DNA of 64,000 bases from Eledone cirrhosa (lineage: Eukaryota). The translations under genes and the position numbers were made by a program. The DNA is taken from NCBI GenBank assembly GCA_964016885.1, contig OZ024747.1, forward strand, positions 47,802,001-47,866,000. Reading direction: 5' to 3'. Shown piece after piece: positions 1-9,812 of this stretch (its first letter is position 1; each line of letters opens with the position of its first letter). The notes under the pieces were generated by a model. That model saw nothing but the letters and a program-made list of their open reading frames with translations, ran no database searches and was not told where the DNA came from.

Positions 1-22
1 TGATGATGATGGTAATACTTAC

Positions 23-186
23 ACAAGGAAGTTGGGGTAGCCTTTGCCCAACTGCTGATGGTTGACCAGTTTTGCTACTAACTGGAGGTACTTTCTTTTT
101 ACGCCGAAATAAACCTGTTGTCGGCCCAGCGCTAGTTAATGCATCCATGAAACCACTGCTGTCATGGATTTCATGAACAGAAGATT
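23..186 (-). CDS. PPP1R10: Internal coding exon of PNUTS / PP1 regulatory subunit 10-like gene (most 3' exon in the window)
   Basis: Acceptor ...tgtctttccag, donor gtaagt, 164 nt. Translates (Q)SSVHEIHDSSGFMDALTSAGPTTGLFRRKKKVPP..., resembling the GFLDALNSA...KKKKK segment I recall from vertebrate PNUTS. Phase matches exon 886-1082. Confidence 0.88.
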
Positions 187-257
187 CTGGAAAGACAACA
201 CATTTACGGTATTAAATTAAACATTTGCTATTTCAGACAGGAAATAATTCTTTTTAA

Positions 258-461
258 CATTGGCACAAGGCCAGGAATTTAGGGGCGGGTAAGGGGAAAA
301 ACTGTTTATATCGACCCCAGTACTTGACTGGTATTTATTTTACTGAAGGATGAAAGGCAAAATTGACCTTGGTGGGATTTAAACTCATAATGTAAATAGC
401 CATAACTAAATGCAGCAAAGCATTTTGTCTGATGCTTTAACGATTCTGTCAATCCACTGCC
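258..461 (-). mobile_element. tRNA-derived SINE, family A (Deu/Nin-type core)
   Basis: Minus strand: GGCAGTGGATTGACAGAATCGTTA head (A-box-like), GAGTTTAAATCCC (B-box-like), core TTGCCTTTCATCCTTC...AAATACCAGTCAAGTACTGGGGTCGAT, tail GGCCTTGTGCCAA. Confidence 0.8.
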
Positions 462-477
462 GTAATAATGATTTCTA

Positions 478-685
478 ATTTAGGCACAAAGTCAGCCATT
501 TAGGAAGGAGGGGGCTCAATTATATTGACACCAGTTATCAACTGGTATTTTATTTTATTGAACCTGGAAAGAGGGAAGGCAAAGTTAACCATGACAGGAT
601 TTAAATGCAGAACATAAAAGAACCCTAACAAACACTACTAAACATTTCTCTGACACTTTCACAACTCTGCCAATCTACTGCCCCT
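478..685 (-). mobile_element. tRNA-derived SINE, family A, second adjacent diverged copy
   Basis: Same order of motifs as 258-461 (ggcacaa..., actggtattt, aaggcaaagtt, ctgccaatctactgcc). Confidence 0.72.
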
Positions 686-885
686 TATCAGACTGAAAAT
701 AAAAGTTATCAAGAAGGTTGTGAAACAATATCAACTAAGTAGGGATACATCTAGTGTAAACCCCACCACTATCATCTTTTATTCTATCAGATAATCAAAA
801 AATATGTCAACCTCAGTACAAAGCTGGTATGTTTTTTATCAACAGAACAATAATAATATCAATAGTAATGTTTTGCTCTACTTAC

Positions 886-1082
886 GTCGACTGATCTTAG
901 GAGGAGTTTTAATGTGTTTCTGCAGATCAGTAGGGGATGTCACTATTCCTGTTGTTATAATTGCTGAAGTGACACTAGAGGGGCTGCTAGTAGTGCTAAC
1001 TGAAATAGGGTTTAAGGGGTTGGATATGGTCAGCCGGGGTTTTTTATCAAGGACAGGTTCCAGCGATCGCAGCTCTCCTGAC
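886..1082 (-). CDS. PPP1R10: Internal coding exon of PNUTS-like gene (Ser/Thr/Pro-rich linker)
   Basis: Acceptor ccttgtgttttcag, donor gtaagt, 197 nt (1+65x3+1). Open frame SGELRSLEPVLDKKPRLTISNPLNP...KTPPKISR; phases fit both neighbouring exons. Confidence 0.85.
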
Positions 1083-1574
1083 CTGAAAACACAAGGTAAG
1101 TTAATTAAAAATAAGTTGGGAAAAGTGGTCGTATGATGATGATAAGTTAATTAAAGACAAGTTGAGTTAATTAATGACAAAGTTAATGACCACACAAGTC
1201 AAACACAGGCCACATACTTCAATTAACCTTTCCAACAATTTGGATATCTTTAGAAAAACAACAGACTCTTTTCCTTACAGTGGTGTGTGTAATGTAATAA
1301 AGGTTTCCCACATGTAATAATAATTGACAGTTTTAATTTAAATGTGAGCCTTTAAAAATATAGGGATTTTTTAGCCTCAATATATTTAATTCGAAAAAGA
1401 AAAAAACACCAGAAAAGAAGATTTAGGATAAAACAAAACAAGGGTTTTATAGATAAAACAGGGATCAGCAATACAAATGACACCATCTTATGACACAAAC
1501 TCAACTCCAAATAATCATGACTCAATATCTTCACAATTTCACACATGCTATACACACACACACACATATATATA

Positions 1575-2826
1575 CATCATCGTCATCACCGTTTTACGTC
1601 CGTTCTTCCACACTAGCATGGGTTAGACGAGTTGTCCTGTTGTGGGCAGTGTCCAGTCAGCTGACCTTGTCTTGCTCATACAGGAACTGATTCTGGCTTG
1701 ATTTCTACAGCTGGATACCCTTCCTAACACCAACCTCATTTACAGTGACTGCTGGGTGCTTTTTTGCCGTGGCACCTCCACGGCCACATTCCATATTGTC
1801 TATATGTTTCAGCTTTGGCTTGTTCCTGTGGGAAGTCGGGTCTTCTATATTACTGTGTGACGCCAGAGGTCACGGTCGTGTGTCATTGCCCTTGAGAGGT
1901 GCAATTGGGTAAGGCCAGCTTTTATCACCGCATCCCAGGTCTTTTTGGGTCTCCCCACTCTGTGGCTTTCATCGACTTCTAGTGCTCTGCACTTTTTTAT
2001 GCAGCTGTCATCCCTTCATATGCATCACATGTCCATACCAACGTAACCTCCTCTCCTGCACACAGCATTTGATTCCTCTTATGCTCAGTCTCTCTCACAA
2101 TTCGTTTATGCTTTGCCATTCACGTATGTTACTATTACACATCCATCTGAGCATGCAGGCTTCATTTCTTTCTAATCTGCGCAAGTCTTCTACAGACAGC
2201 ACCCAGGTTTCACTACCATGTAACATTGCTGTTCGTATGCACGCATCATACAGTCTGCCTTTCATTCTGAGGGAAAAGCCTTTTGCAGCTAGCAGTGGCA
2301 GTAGCTCCCTGAACTTCTTCCATCCCGTTCTTACCCTAGTTATTGTACTTTCCGAACACCCACCTCCGCTGCTAATTCAGTCACCTAGGTAGCAGAAGCT
2401 GTCTACTGTTTCTACAGAGCCCTCCCAGAGTTTGGTGGTGCTTGTTTTCTGTGGTCGTTTGCTGCTTGCTGTCCCAGCGCAGCTGCTACATATGAAGCCT
2501 ACATTCTTAGTTAAACTTCCTAAGATCCCACTTCATCTCTTGTGTACCCATTGTTTGCATATGGGGCAGAGGATGGAGTTCCGACTTACACCTTTTCTAC
2601 ATACTGACCAAGGCCATTACCCTGAGGGGGTCTGGGGTCTGTTTTCTCGTCTACTTACAAGAACCTTAGTCTTTGTCAGGTTGACTTTGAGACCCTTTCT
2701 TTCTAGTCCCTGCTTCCATGTTTGGAATTTCTTCTCTAGCTCCACCATGGATTCATCTATAAGTGCGACATCATTCGCATATAGGAGTTCATATGGGCAG
2801 CCGGTCTTAAACTCCTCCGTTATTTG
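1575..2826 (-). mobile_element. 5'-truncated degenerate RTE-type LINE (RT C-terminal half, 3' UTR, GAT tail)
   Basis: ORF 2617..3105 contains ITEEFKTGCPYELLYANDVALI (degenerate YADD). Colinear with the 5370-6360 copy, with an in-frame stop. Ends in CCCATGCTAGTGTGGAAGAACGGACGTAAAACGGTGATGACGATG. Confidence 0.88.
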
Positions 2827-2830
2827 CCTG

Positions 2831-2865
<35 letters not shown>

Positions 2866-2872
2866 GAATGTA

Positions 2873-3229
2873 TGAGGGTAATCCAAAAAGTAAGGTCTCC
2901 AAAGCGATGGGGACGCAGAGAAACTGTTCGTGCGGCTGTTGGCAACACTGTTGTGATTGGAGCTTCCTTCACTCCCAAACAAGCATGCACTCGCTTCGCT
3001 GGAATGCTCAATCTTGGCTTGGCAGCCATTGACAATAGAGCTCCCATTGAACGCTACCACCAAGTGCGAATTTCGCGCAGTTATTATATACGAGGGCAAT
3101 CCCAAAAGTAAGGTCTCCTTCCGAGGAAAACATGCGTAAAGATCGGCGGATCACTCTGGAAGCACCATCCACAGGATTTTAAGTTGCAATATCGGAAGGA
3201 AGGAGACCTTTCTTTTGGGATTGCCCTCG
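2873..3229 (+). mobile_element. Mariner-type composite: 5' end of a mariner plus a 139-bp MITE (3091-3229) with the same TIR
   Basis: TIR YGAGGGYAATCCMAAAAGTAAGGTCTCC at 2873 and 3091; inverted copy ends at 3229; TA flanks. ELPLNATTKCEFRAVI resembles a mariner transposase N-terminus. Confidence 0.8.
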
Positions 3230-3386
3230 TATGTATAGTATATTTGGTAATATACCGTATGCTTAATTAAAAACATTTTGAAGACCATACACTATCAGTT
3301 TTAAAGTAGTGAATATATCACTTCTTTTCTTCGGCGAAAGAAGGGAGCATACAGTATATTACCAAATATACTATACATACATTCAT
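3230..3386. repeat. Long inverted repeat (fold-back element) interrupted by the mariner composite
   Basis: Arm 3230-3263, continued by 2864-2872 on the far side of the insertion, is the reverse complement of 3346-3386 with one mismatch. Confidence 0.8.
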
Positions 3387-3423
3387 GTATACATCGCTAT
3401 TTCAGAGCACCAATCCTAATACC

Positions 3424-3456
<33 letters not shown>

Positions 3457-3506
3457 TGTATATATATATATGTGTGTGTATATATATATACGTATACATA
3501 TACATA

Positions 3507-4115
3507 TGGTGGCTGCCAACTCGTTTTCGAGTACGGCCACTACCTTATATCCATGTAGGAGAAACCCTACCGATGCGCTGAACGAGTGTCACTTTTTAGT
3601 CCAGCCAGCGACTTGAAAACTCTGGTACAAACACTGCACTTGTGACAATTATTGACACATAGTGCTGGACCCATGGCACCATGTGACGACAAGTGTTGAG
3701 AGATCTCCAGATATAAAGCAAAGCCTGTGCTGTGAAGCTTTTATAGTGAGCAAAGGCACTGCACAAAACCAGTCCCACTCTCTTAACCAAGATGATATTT
3801 ACCAAAAAGAAGAACAAGTCAACATCATTGGATACCATCAGGGTTGCAGGTGTTATATCAGAGTTTTCCTTCTCCTAGAATTCTGCCTTGACAAAAGCTA
3901 AGGGGTCATCTCTCCCGGTGATTTTGGATGGCCATTGACACTTAAGAGCTCCTTTGCCCTTTGACAGGTTTTGTTTTTAGTCCTGCAGGATGTCCAAAGT
4001 CACCCTCCTCACCAAGAAACCTTGGTGGGGTTGCCAGTTTAGTCGCCAACGACCCGACCATGAGACAGGTTGTACTGGGATACATGTTACCAGTAGCACC
4101 AACTGGTGACCTGAC
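3507..4115 (-). mobile_element. Non-coding RTE-like 5'-UTR element between TA microsatellites
   Basis: First ~190 nt (4115->3925) nearly identical to 7371-7583, the 5' end of an APE-encoding LINE. Contains TAGGAGAAGGAAAACTCTGA, a motif I associate with RTE 5' UTRs. Confidence 0.65.
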
Positions 4116-4161
4116 ATATACATATATATATATATATATATGCATATATATATACATATAT

Positions 4162-4492
4162 GGAGGCACATGGCTTAGTGGTTAGAACATTGGCCTTGCA
4201 ATCGAAAGGTTGTGAGTTCAATTCTCAGACCGGATGATGTGTTGTTTCCTTGAGCAAGATACTTTATTTCACATTGCTCCAGTTTACTCAGCTGTAGAAA
4301 TGAGATGATAGGGACTGGGGTCCCTATCATTCCACTGCAAAGTGGTCGTGGAGGTGCCACGGCAAAAAAGCACCCAGAACTCACTGTAAATGAGGTTGGT
4401 GTTAGGAAGGGCATCCAGCTGTAGAAATCAAGCCAGAGTCAGTTCCCGTCCCACCTTGCAAGCTGGAAAAGCGGACATAAAATGATGATGAT
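4162..4492 (+). mobile_element. Full-length tRNA-derived SINE, family B, with RTE-type 3' tail
   Basis: A box TGGCTTAGTGG (4171), B box GAGTTCAATTC (4214), core CCTTGAGCAAGATACTTTATTTCAC, module GGTTGGTGTTAGGAAGGGCATCCAG, tail GGAAAAGCGGACATAAAATGATGATG. Confidence 0.88.
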
Positions 4493-4985
4493 ACATACAT
4501 ACATATACATATATATATATACATACAATTACATATATATATATATGCTTTTTCTACCCGCCGAAATGCGATTCTCGCTGAATTTATATTTGTATTAGTC
4601 TCCCGAGTCTTACAAGTAACCTGTTAATAATTCTATTGACATTGTATAAGTTTATTTTAAAAACTACCCAGTTGAGAGCTTATTCGATTTGTTCTATTTA
4701 TGCAATTTTTTGCATGATTTACCCATACTGAATTTATTTGCCAAAATCTGGGTTTTTTTCCCTGTGAGTTACACATGTGCTTTTACGAAGCACTCTGTCA
4801 TCCACAATACTGGCGCAGAACAAAATACCTGTTGATAACGTGATATTCCTTGTTCGATCATTATACCAAAAGCTTATGGTTTTAAGCAGAAAGTAATATT
4901 GATTTAGGTGTCGCAGAAACCCTGTACTGGATTTTACCATCAATTCCAAGGGTCCAGGTTTGTTATATATATATATATATATATA

Positions 4986-7236
4986 TCATTATCATCATCA
5001 TCGTTTAACGTCCATATTCCACGCTTGCATGGGTTTGGACGGGAGTTTTCCCACTTGAGGCAATAGTGGTTGTCTTGCTCGCATAGGACTGTCTGGCTGG
5101 TTTTCTACGGCTGGATGCCCTTCCTAACACCAACCACATTACAGTGTGGAACTGGGAGGTTTTTACCGTGTTACCTACACGGCCACATTACAGCATGGAC
5201 TGTGTTTTTTTGTTGTGACACCTACACGACCTCATTTGTTTCGGGCTGGATGTTGTGACACCAACATAACTTTACATTGAAAGGGGTGGTGTGGATGGGG
5301 TGGGGGTAGTGGGACGGGGGTGTATTTTGTTAGAGGTGCCTACTGACAGTAGTAGGTTTCACTTTGTACTTAGGTAAAGCGGGTCTTCTCTATTACTGTG
5401 TAGCACCAAAGCTCTCGGTCCAGTGACATTGTCTTGGAGAGGTGTAATTGTGTGAGGTCGGAATTTATCAAGTCGTCCCAGGTTTTTCTGGGTCTACCTA
5501 CTCCGTGGCTACGGTCTATTTTTATTGCCCTGCACTTTTTTATACAGCTGTCGTCTTTCATGCGCATCACGTGACCATACCAACGTAGTCTTCTCTCGAG
5601 TAAACAACATCTGATCCCTCTTATTTCTAATTTCTCCCTTAGTTCGTTTATGCTTTGCCGTTCACGTATATTACTATTACACATCCAGCGGAGCATGCAA
5701 GCTTCGTTTCTCTCCAGTCTGCGTATATCCTCTGCACACAATGCCCAGGTCTCACTGCCATGTAACATTGCTGTTCGTATGCAGGCATCATACAGCCTGC
5801 CTTTCATTTTTAGAGAGAACCCTTTAGCGGCCAATAGTGGTATAAGCTCTCTGAACTTTTTCTATCCCATTCTGACACTAGCTACTGTACTTGAAGAGCA
5901 CCCTCCCCCACTGCTGATTTTATCACCCAGGTAACGGAAGCTGTCCACTATTTCTATAGAACCATCTGTGCAATGGAATGAGTTAGTATTCTGTGGGCAC
6001 TTGCTGCTACTTATTGCACCAGAGCACCGGCCACATGTAAAATCTATGTTCTTAGTTAGCTTACCTGTGATCCCACTACATCTTTTATGTACCCATACTT
6101 TGCATTTGGGACATAAAATGGAGTTTCTACCTACGCCTTTCCTACACACTGAGCATGGCCATTTCCCAGATGGGGCCGGTGCCCTATTTTCCTTCCTACA
6201 AACTAGAACTTTAGTCTTAGACAAGTTAACTTTAAGGCCTTTTGATTCTAGGCCATGCTTCCATGTTTGGAATTTCTTCTCTAGTTCAGCCATTGGTTCA
6301 GCTATGAGCGTTAGATCATCTGCATATAGGAGTTCCCATGGGCAGCCGGTCTTGAACTCCTCTGTTATAGCCTGAAGGGCAATAATAAATAGAAGGGGGC
6401 TAAGGACGGAGCCCTGATGAACACCAACTTTTACGCTAAACTCTTCACTATATTCGTTGTTAATTCTAACCTTGCTGACTGTTTCTTTATACATGGCTTG
6501 TATAGCTCTCACAAGCCATTCATCAACACCTAGTTTTCTAAGGGCCCACCAAATAATCGAGCGGGGTACTCTGTCAAAGGCTTTCTCCAAGTCAACAAAA
6601 GCTAAGTATAGGGGTTTACTTTTAGCTAGGTACTTCTCTTGTAGTTGTCGTACAATGAAAAGAGCGTCTGTTGTACTTTTTCCTGACACAAACCCGAACT
6701 GCATTTCGTCTAGATCAATTCGCTCTCTGATTAGTTGACTATTACTTTTTCTGTGACCTTCATGACCTGGTCAATTAATTTAATGCCTCTATAGTTTACC
6801 CTATTTAGGGCATCACCTTTACCCTTGTAGCAGTTAATGATGATGCTGCTGCGCCAGTCTTTCGGAACGACTCCATTCTGACTTGGTTTACTATCCGGGT
6901 GACCATAGTGTGTCCCACCGTTCCAGATGCTTTCAGCATTTCGGCAACTATTTCCGAAGGCCCGGCCGCCTTGCCCGTCTTCATCTCTTTGATCGCCTTA
7001 CTTATTATACTACCTTCAACTAGCACTGCTGGTCCCTCTATTGGGTCAATGTGGGGGAGACTGTCTTTCTCCCAATTATTCTCCTCATTTAGTAGCCTTT
7101 CGTAGTGACACTTCCAAGCTACCTTCTTATCAACGTCAGTGATGGCAAGTACACCATCATCATTTAGGACACACTTCTCGCCGACAATATCACTGTTTTC
7201 CTTGACACATTTCCTAGCAATCCTGAACACCTCGTA
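4986..7236 (-). mobile_element. 5'-truncated, frameshifted RTE-type LINE ORF (RT with embedded PHD finger), 3' UTR and GAT tail
   Basis: ORFs 6805..7242, 5862..6704 and 5370..5834 are consecutive frameshifted pieces. Motifs QFGF, FVDLEKAFDRV, HQGSVLSPLLF, YADD, FRYLG, RRLRWYGHVMR, GRPRKTW. Confidence 0.93.
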
Positions 7237-7280
7237 TACCATGTATATATATTAGGTCGTATATATACCTCGTATATATA

Positions 7281-7310
7281 TTAGGTCAGGTCACCAACTG
7301 GTGACCTGAC

Positions 7311-7370
<60 letters not shown>

Positions 7371-7389
7371 GTCAGGTCACCAGTTGGTG
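7281..7389. repeat. Overlapping perfect palindromes around (TA)26
   Basis: 7292-7314 and 7367-7389 are exact reverse complements flanking (TA)n. 7281-7296 and 7299-7314 form a second perfect hairpin with a 2-nt loop. Confidence 0.92.
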
Positions 7390-8575
7390 CTACTGGTAAC
7401 ATGTATCCCAGTACAACCTGTCTCATGGTCGGGTCGTTGGCGACTAAACTGGCAATCCCACCAAGGTTTCTTGGTGAGGAGGGTGACTTTGGACATCCTG
7501 CAGGACTAAAAATAAAACCTGTCAAAGGGCAAAGGAACTCCTGGGAGCTCTTAAGAGCTCTTGGAGTCAATGGCCATCCAAAACCAGCATGGCCCGCCGA
7601 AAGGCGCTGCAGTGCCGGAAAAGTCAACTTCCTGCTACTAGTATGCTGGTAAGCTAGTACAACGTATCTCCAGACGGATAGAGTGGGTCCGTAGCTTTGG
7701 TTAGCGACTACTCTAGTGCTTGCAACACAAACAATTAGGGCGAGTGTATAAATGCCAGGTTGGTATCTGGTGCCGGGTAACCCACCACACGGAGGAGAAA
7801 GCACCTTCTTCAAGACTTGGCTGTCAAATTCTTTCACATGTGTGTAGTAGTGGCGCCCACACACATTATTAGCTATTTGAAAAGATGATGGATTTCGCAA
7901 CTAACTGCACCAGGGTTCCTGTTCCTCAGGGAACCACACTATATGGTATACCTGTTGATATAGGTACAGCCCCTGCTTTCCCGGGTCCTGTTTCTGATCA
8001 TAATGCACCTACAAAGGCATCGAATGATGATGAATCCTCAAATCTCAAGGGACGGGGTTCATCTGATGGAGAAGAAACAGGTCCTAACCAAACAACAAGC
8101 AAATCTCGCTTAGTTAGCTGTAAAAAGCAAATAATAGTTAGCTCCTTGAACACCAGAACCCTCCTTCCAACAGGTAGACTCCAGGAGCTGGCAGAGAATG
8201 CCAAACTTCAGAACATTGACATCCTTGCGGTCCAAGAACACCGCTTTTTCTACCCAAAGGATGATCTCAAGTATCACACCCTAGGATCCTACCAACTTGT
8301 CATCTCTTCAGCCACCAAGAACCCTGTCAATGCCTCCGTCGGAGGAGTCGGCTGCCTTCTCTCATCTAAAGCCAGCAATAATCTTCTGGGGATTGAAACA
8401 ATCTCTCCCAGAATCTTGGTGCTTACACTAGAAGGCAATCCTAGAACCACTGCGATATGTGTATACAGTCCTCATAACGCCTCTCCTGAGGATGAGGTAA
8501 GAGAATTCTACACGACCCTTCGCACAGTTGCTGAGCAAGTACCCTTACACAACTTTCTTATCATCGCTGGAGACC
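7369..8575 (+). mobile_element. 5' end of an RTE-type LINE: 5' UTR plus N-terminal APE endonuclease, 3'-truncated
   Basis: ORF 7885.. has APE motifs SLNTRTL, DILAVQEHR, GVGCLLS, SPRIL, CVYSPHN, IIAGDL. Homology stops at GDL, where an antisense SINE begins. Confidence 0.88.
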
Positions 8576-8755
8576 TTTGCAGTGGAATGATATGGATCCC
8601 AGTCCCTATCATCTCATTTCTACAGCTGAGTAAACTGGAGCAACGTGAAATAAAGTGTCTTGCTCAAGGAAACAACACATCACCCGGTCTGAGAATTGAA
8701 CTCACAACCTTTCGATTGCAAGGCCAATGCTCTAACCACTAAGCCATGTGCCTCC
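8575..8755 (-). mobile_element. SINE family B, 5' half
   Basis: Reverse complement is near-identical to 4162-4341 (A and B boxes, core). Confidence 0.88.
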
Positions 8756-8756
8756 A

Positions 8757-8757
8757 C

Positions 8758-8801
<44 letters not shown>

Positions 8802-8857
8802 CATTTACATATATATATATATACATACATTTACATATATATATATATACATACATT

Positions 8858-8893
<36 letters not shown>
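8757..8893. repeat. (TA)n / (TACA)n microsatellite; many similar tracts occur at 2841, 3424, 4116, 4491, 4964, 9213, 9735, 14677, 17525
   Basis: Direct reading of simple repeats. These explain the IYIY/CVCV ORFs. Confidence 0.95.
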
Positions 8894-8895
<2 letters not shown>

Positions 8896-8945
8896 CAAAT
8901 AATAAATGAAAGAGTTACAAGCCGTTAAAACATATCTTTATAAAG

Positions 8946-8985
8946 CTCTTACACATGTTTCGCCCAATGGGGCTCGTCTGAGGCA
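8946..8985 (-). ncRNA. Degenerate minimal hammerhead ribozyme-like motif (Penelope-type)
   Basis: Minus strand CCT-CAGACGA-GCCC-CATT-GGGC-GAAA-CATGTG-TA-AGAG. Stem II and GAAA are intact; the CUGANGA box carries one substitution. Confidence 0.5.
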
Positions 8986-9019
8986 GATATTAAAGGCAAA
9001 GTTTTAATTATCATATATT

Positions 9020-9215
9020 CGGTAAAACCTCCCAGACCCACACTGTAAATGTGGTTGGTGTTAGGAAGGGCATCCAACTGTAGAAAACCTGCCAGACAGT
9101 CCTATGCGAGCAAGACAATCTCTCTTGCCTCAAGTGGGACTACCCCCGTCCAAACCCATGCAAGCGTGGAACACGGACGTTAAACGTTGATGATGATGAT
9201 GATGATGATGATGAT
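9020..9215 (+). mobile_element. 3' module of SINE/RTE with (GAT)n tail
   Basis: Reverse-complement match to 4986-5168; GGTTGGTGTTAGGAAGGGCATCC, then CCCATGCAAGCGTGGAACACGGACGTTAAACG(ATG)n. Confidence 0.8.
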
Positions 9216-9465
9216 ATATATATATATATATATATAGATATATACACACATTTACATATATATACATACATCTAACCCACGCTAGCGTGGAAGAACGGAC
9301 GTAAAACGATGGTGATGATACATGGCCTCAGCCGGATGGCTGGAACAGATAAAAGGGTATATATATATATCCATAAACATATATATATACATATATATAC
9401 ATATATATATGCAAGCAGGGAAAAACAGACGTAAATTAATGATGATGATATATATACATACACCG

Positions 9466-9735
9466 CAAGGTGGTCGTGGAGGTGCCACGGCAAAAAAGCA
9501 CCCAGCCCACACTGTAAAGTGGACGTGTAGGCGCCACGAAAAAGCAGCCAGCACTCACTGTAAATGAGGTTGGTGTTAGGAAGGGCATCCAGCTGTAGAA
9601 ATCAAGCCAGATCAGTTCCTGTATGAGCAAGGCATGGTCAGCCGACCAGACACTGCCCACAACAGGACAACCCGTCTAACCCATGCTAGCGTGGAAGAAC
9701 GGACGTAAAACGGTGATGATGATGATGATGATGAT
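9466..9735 (+). mobile_element. 3' module of SINE/RTE with (GAT)n tail and an internal partial duplication
   Basis: Near-identical in reverse complement to 1575-1785; GCCACG(G/A)...CACTGTAAA segment is present twice. Confidence 0.82.
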
Positions 9736-9769
9736 ATACATACATATACATATATATACACATATATAT

Positions 9770-9804
<35 letters not shown>

Positions 9805-9812
9805 CACATGTA

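Noticed and set aside
804-1136. Plus-strand 110-aa ORF
   Set aside because: Antisense shadow of exon 886-1082. The same applies to 19179..19463 and 26832..27023.
4162-4235. Possible tRNA gene
   Set aside because: It has A and B boxes but no sound cloverleaf, and it continues into a repeated SINE body.
1982-7105. Plus-strand ORFs 1982..2392, 2432..2875, 5650..5934, 5968..6375, 6457..6738, 6899..7105
   Set aside because: Antisense to LINE coding sequence.
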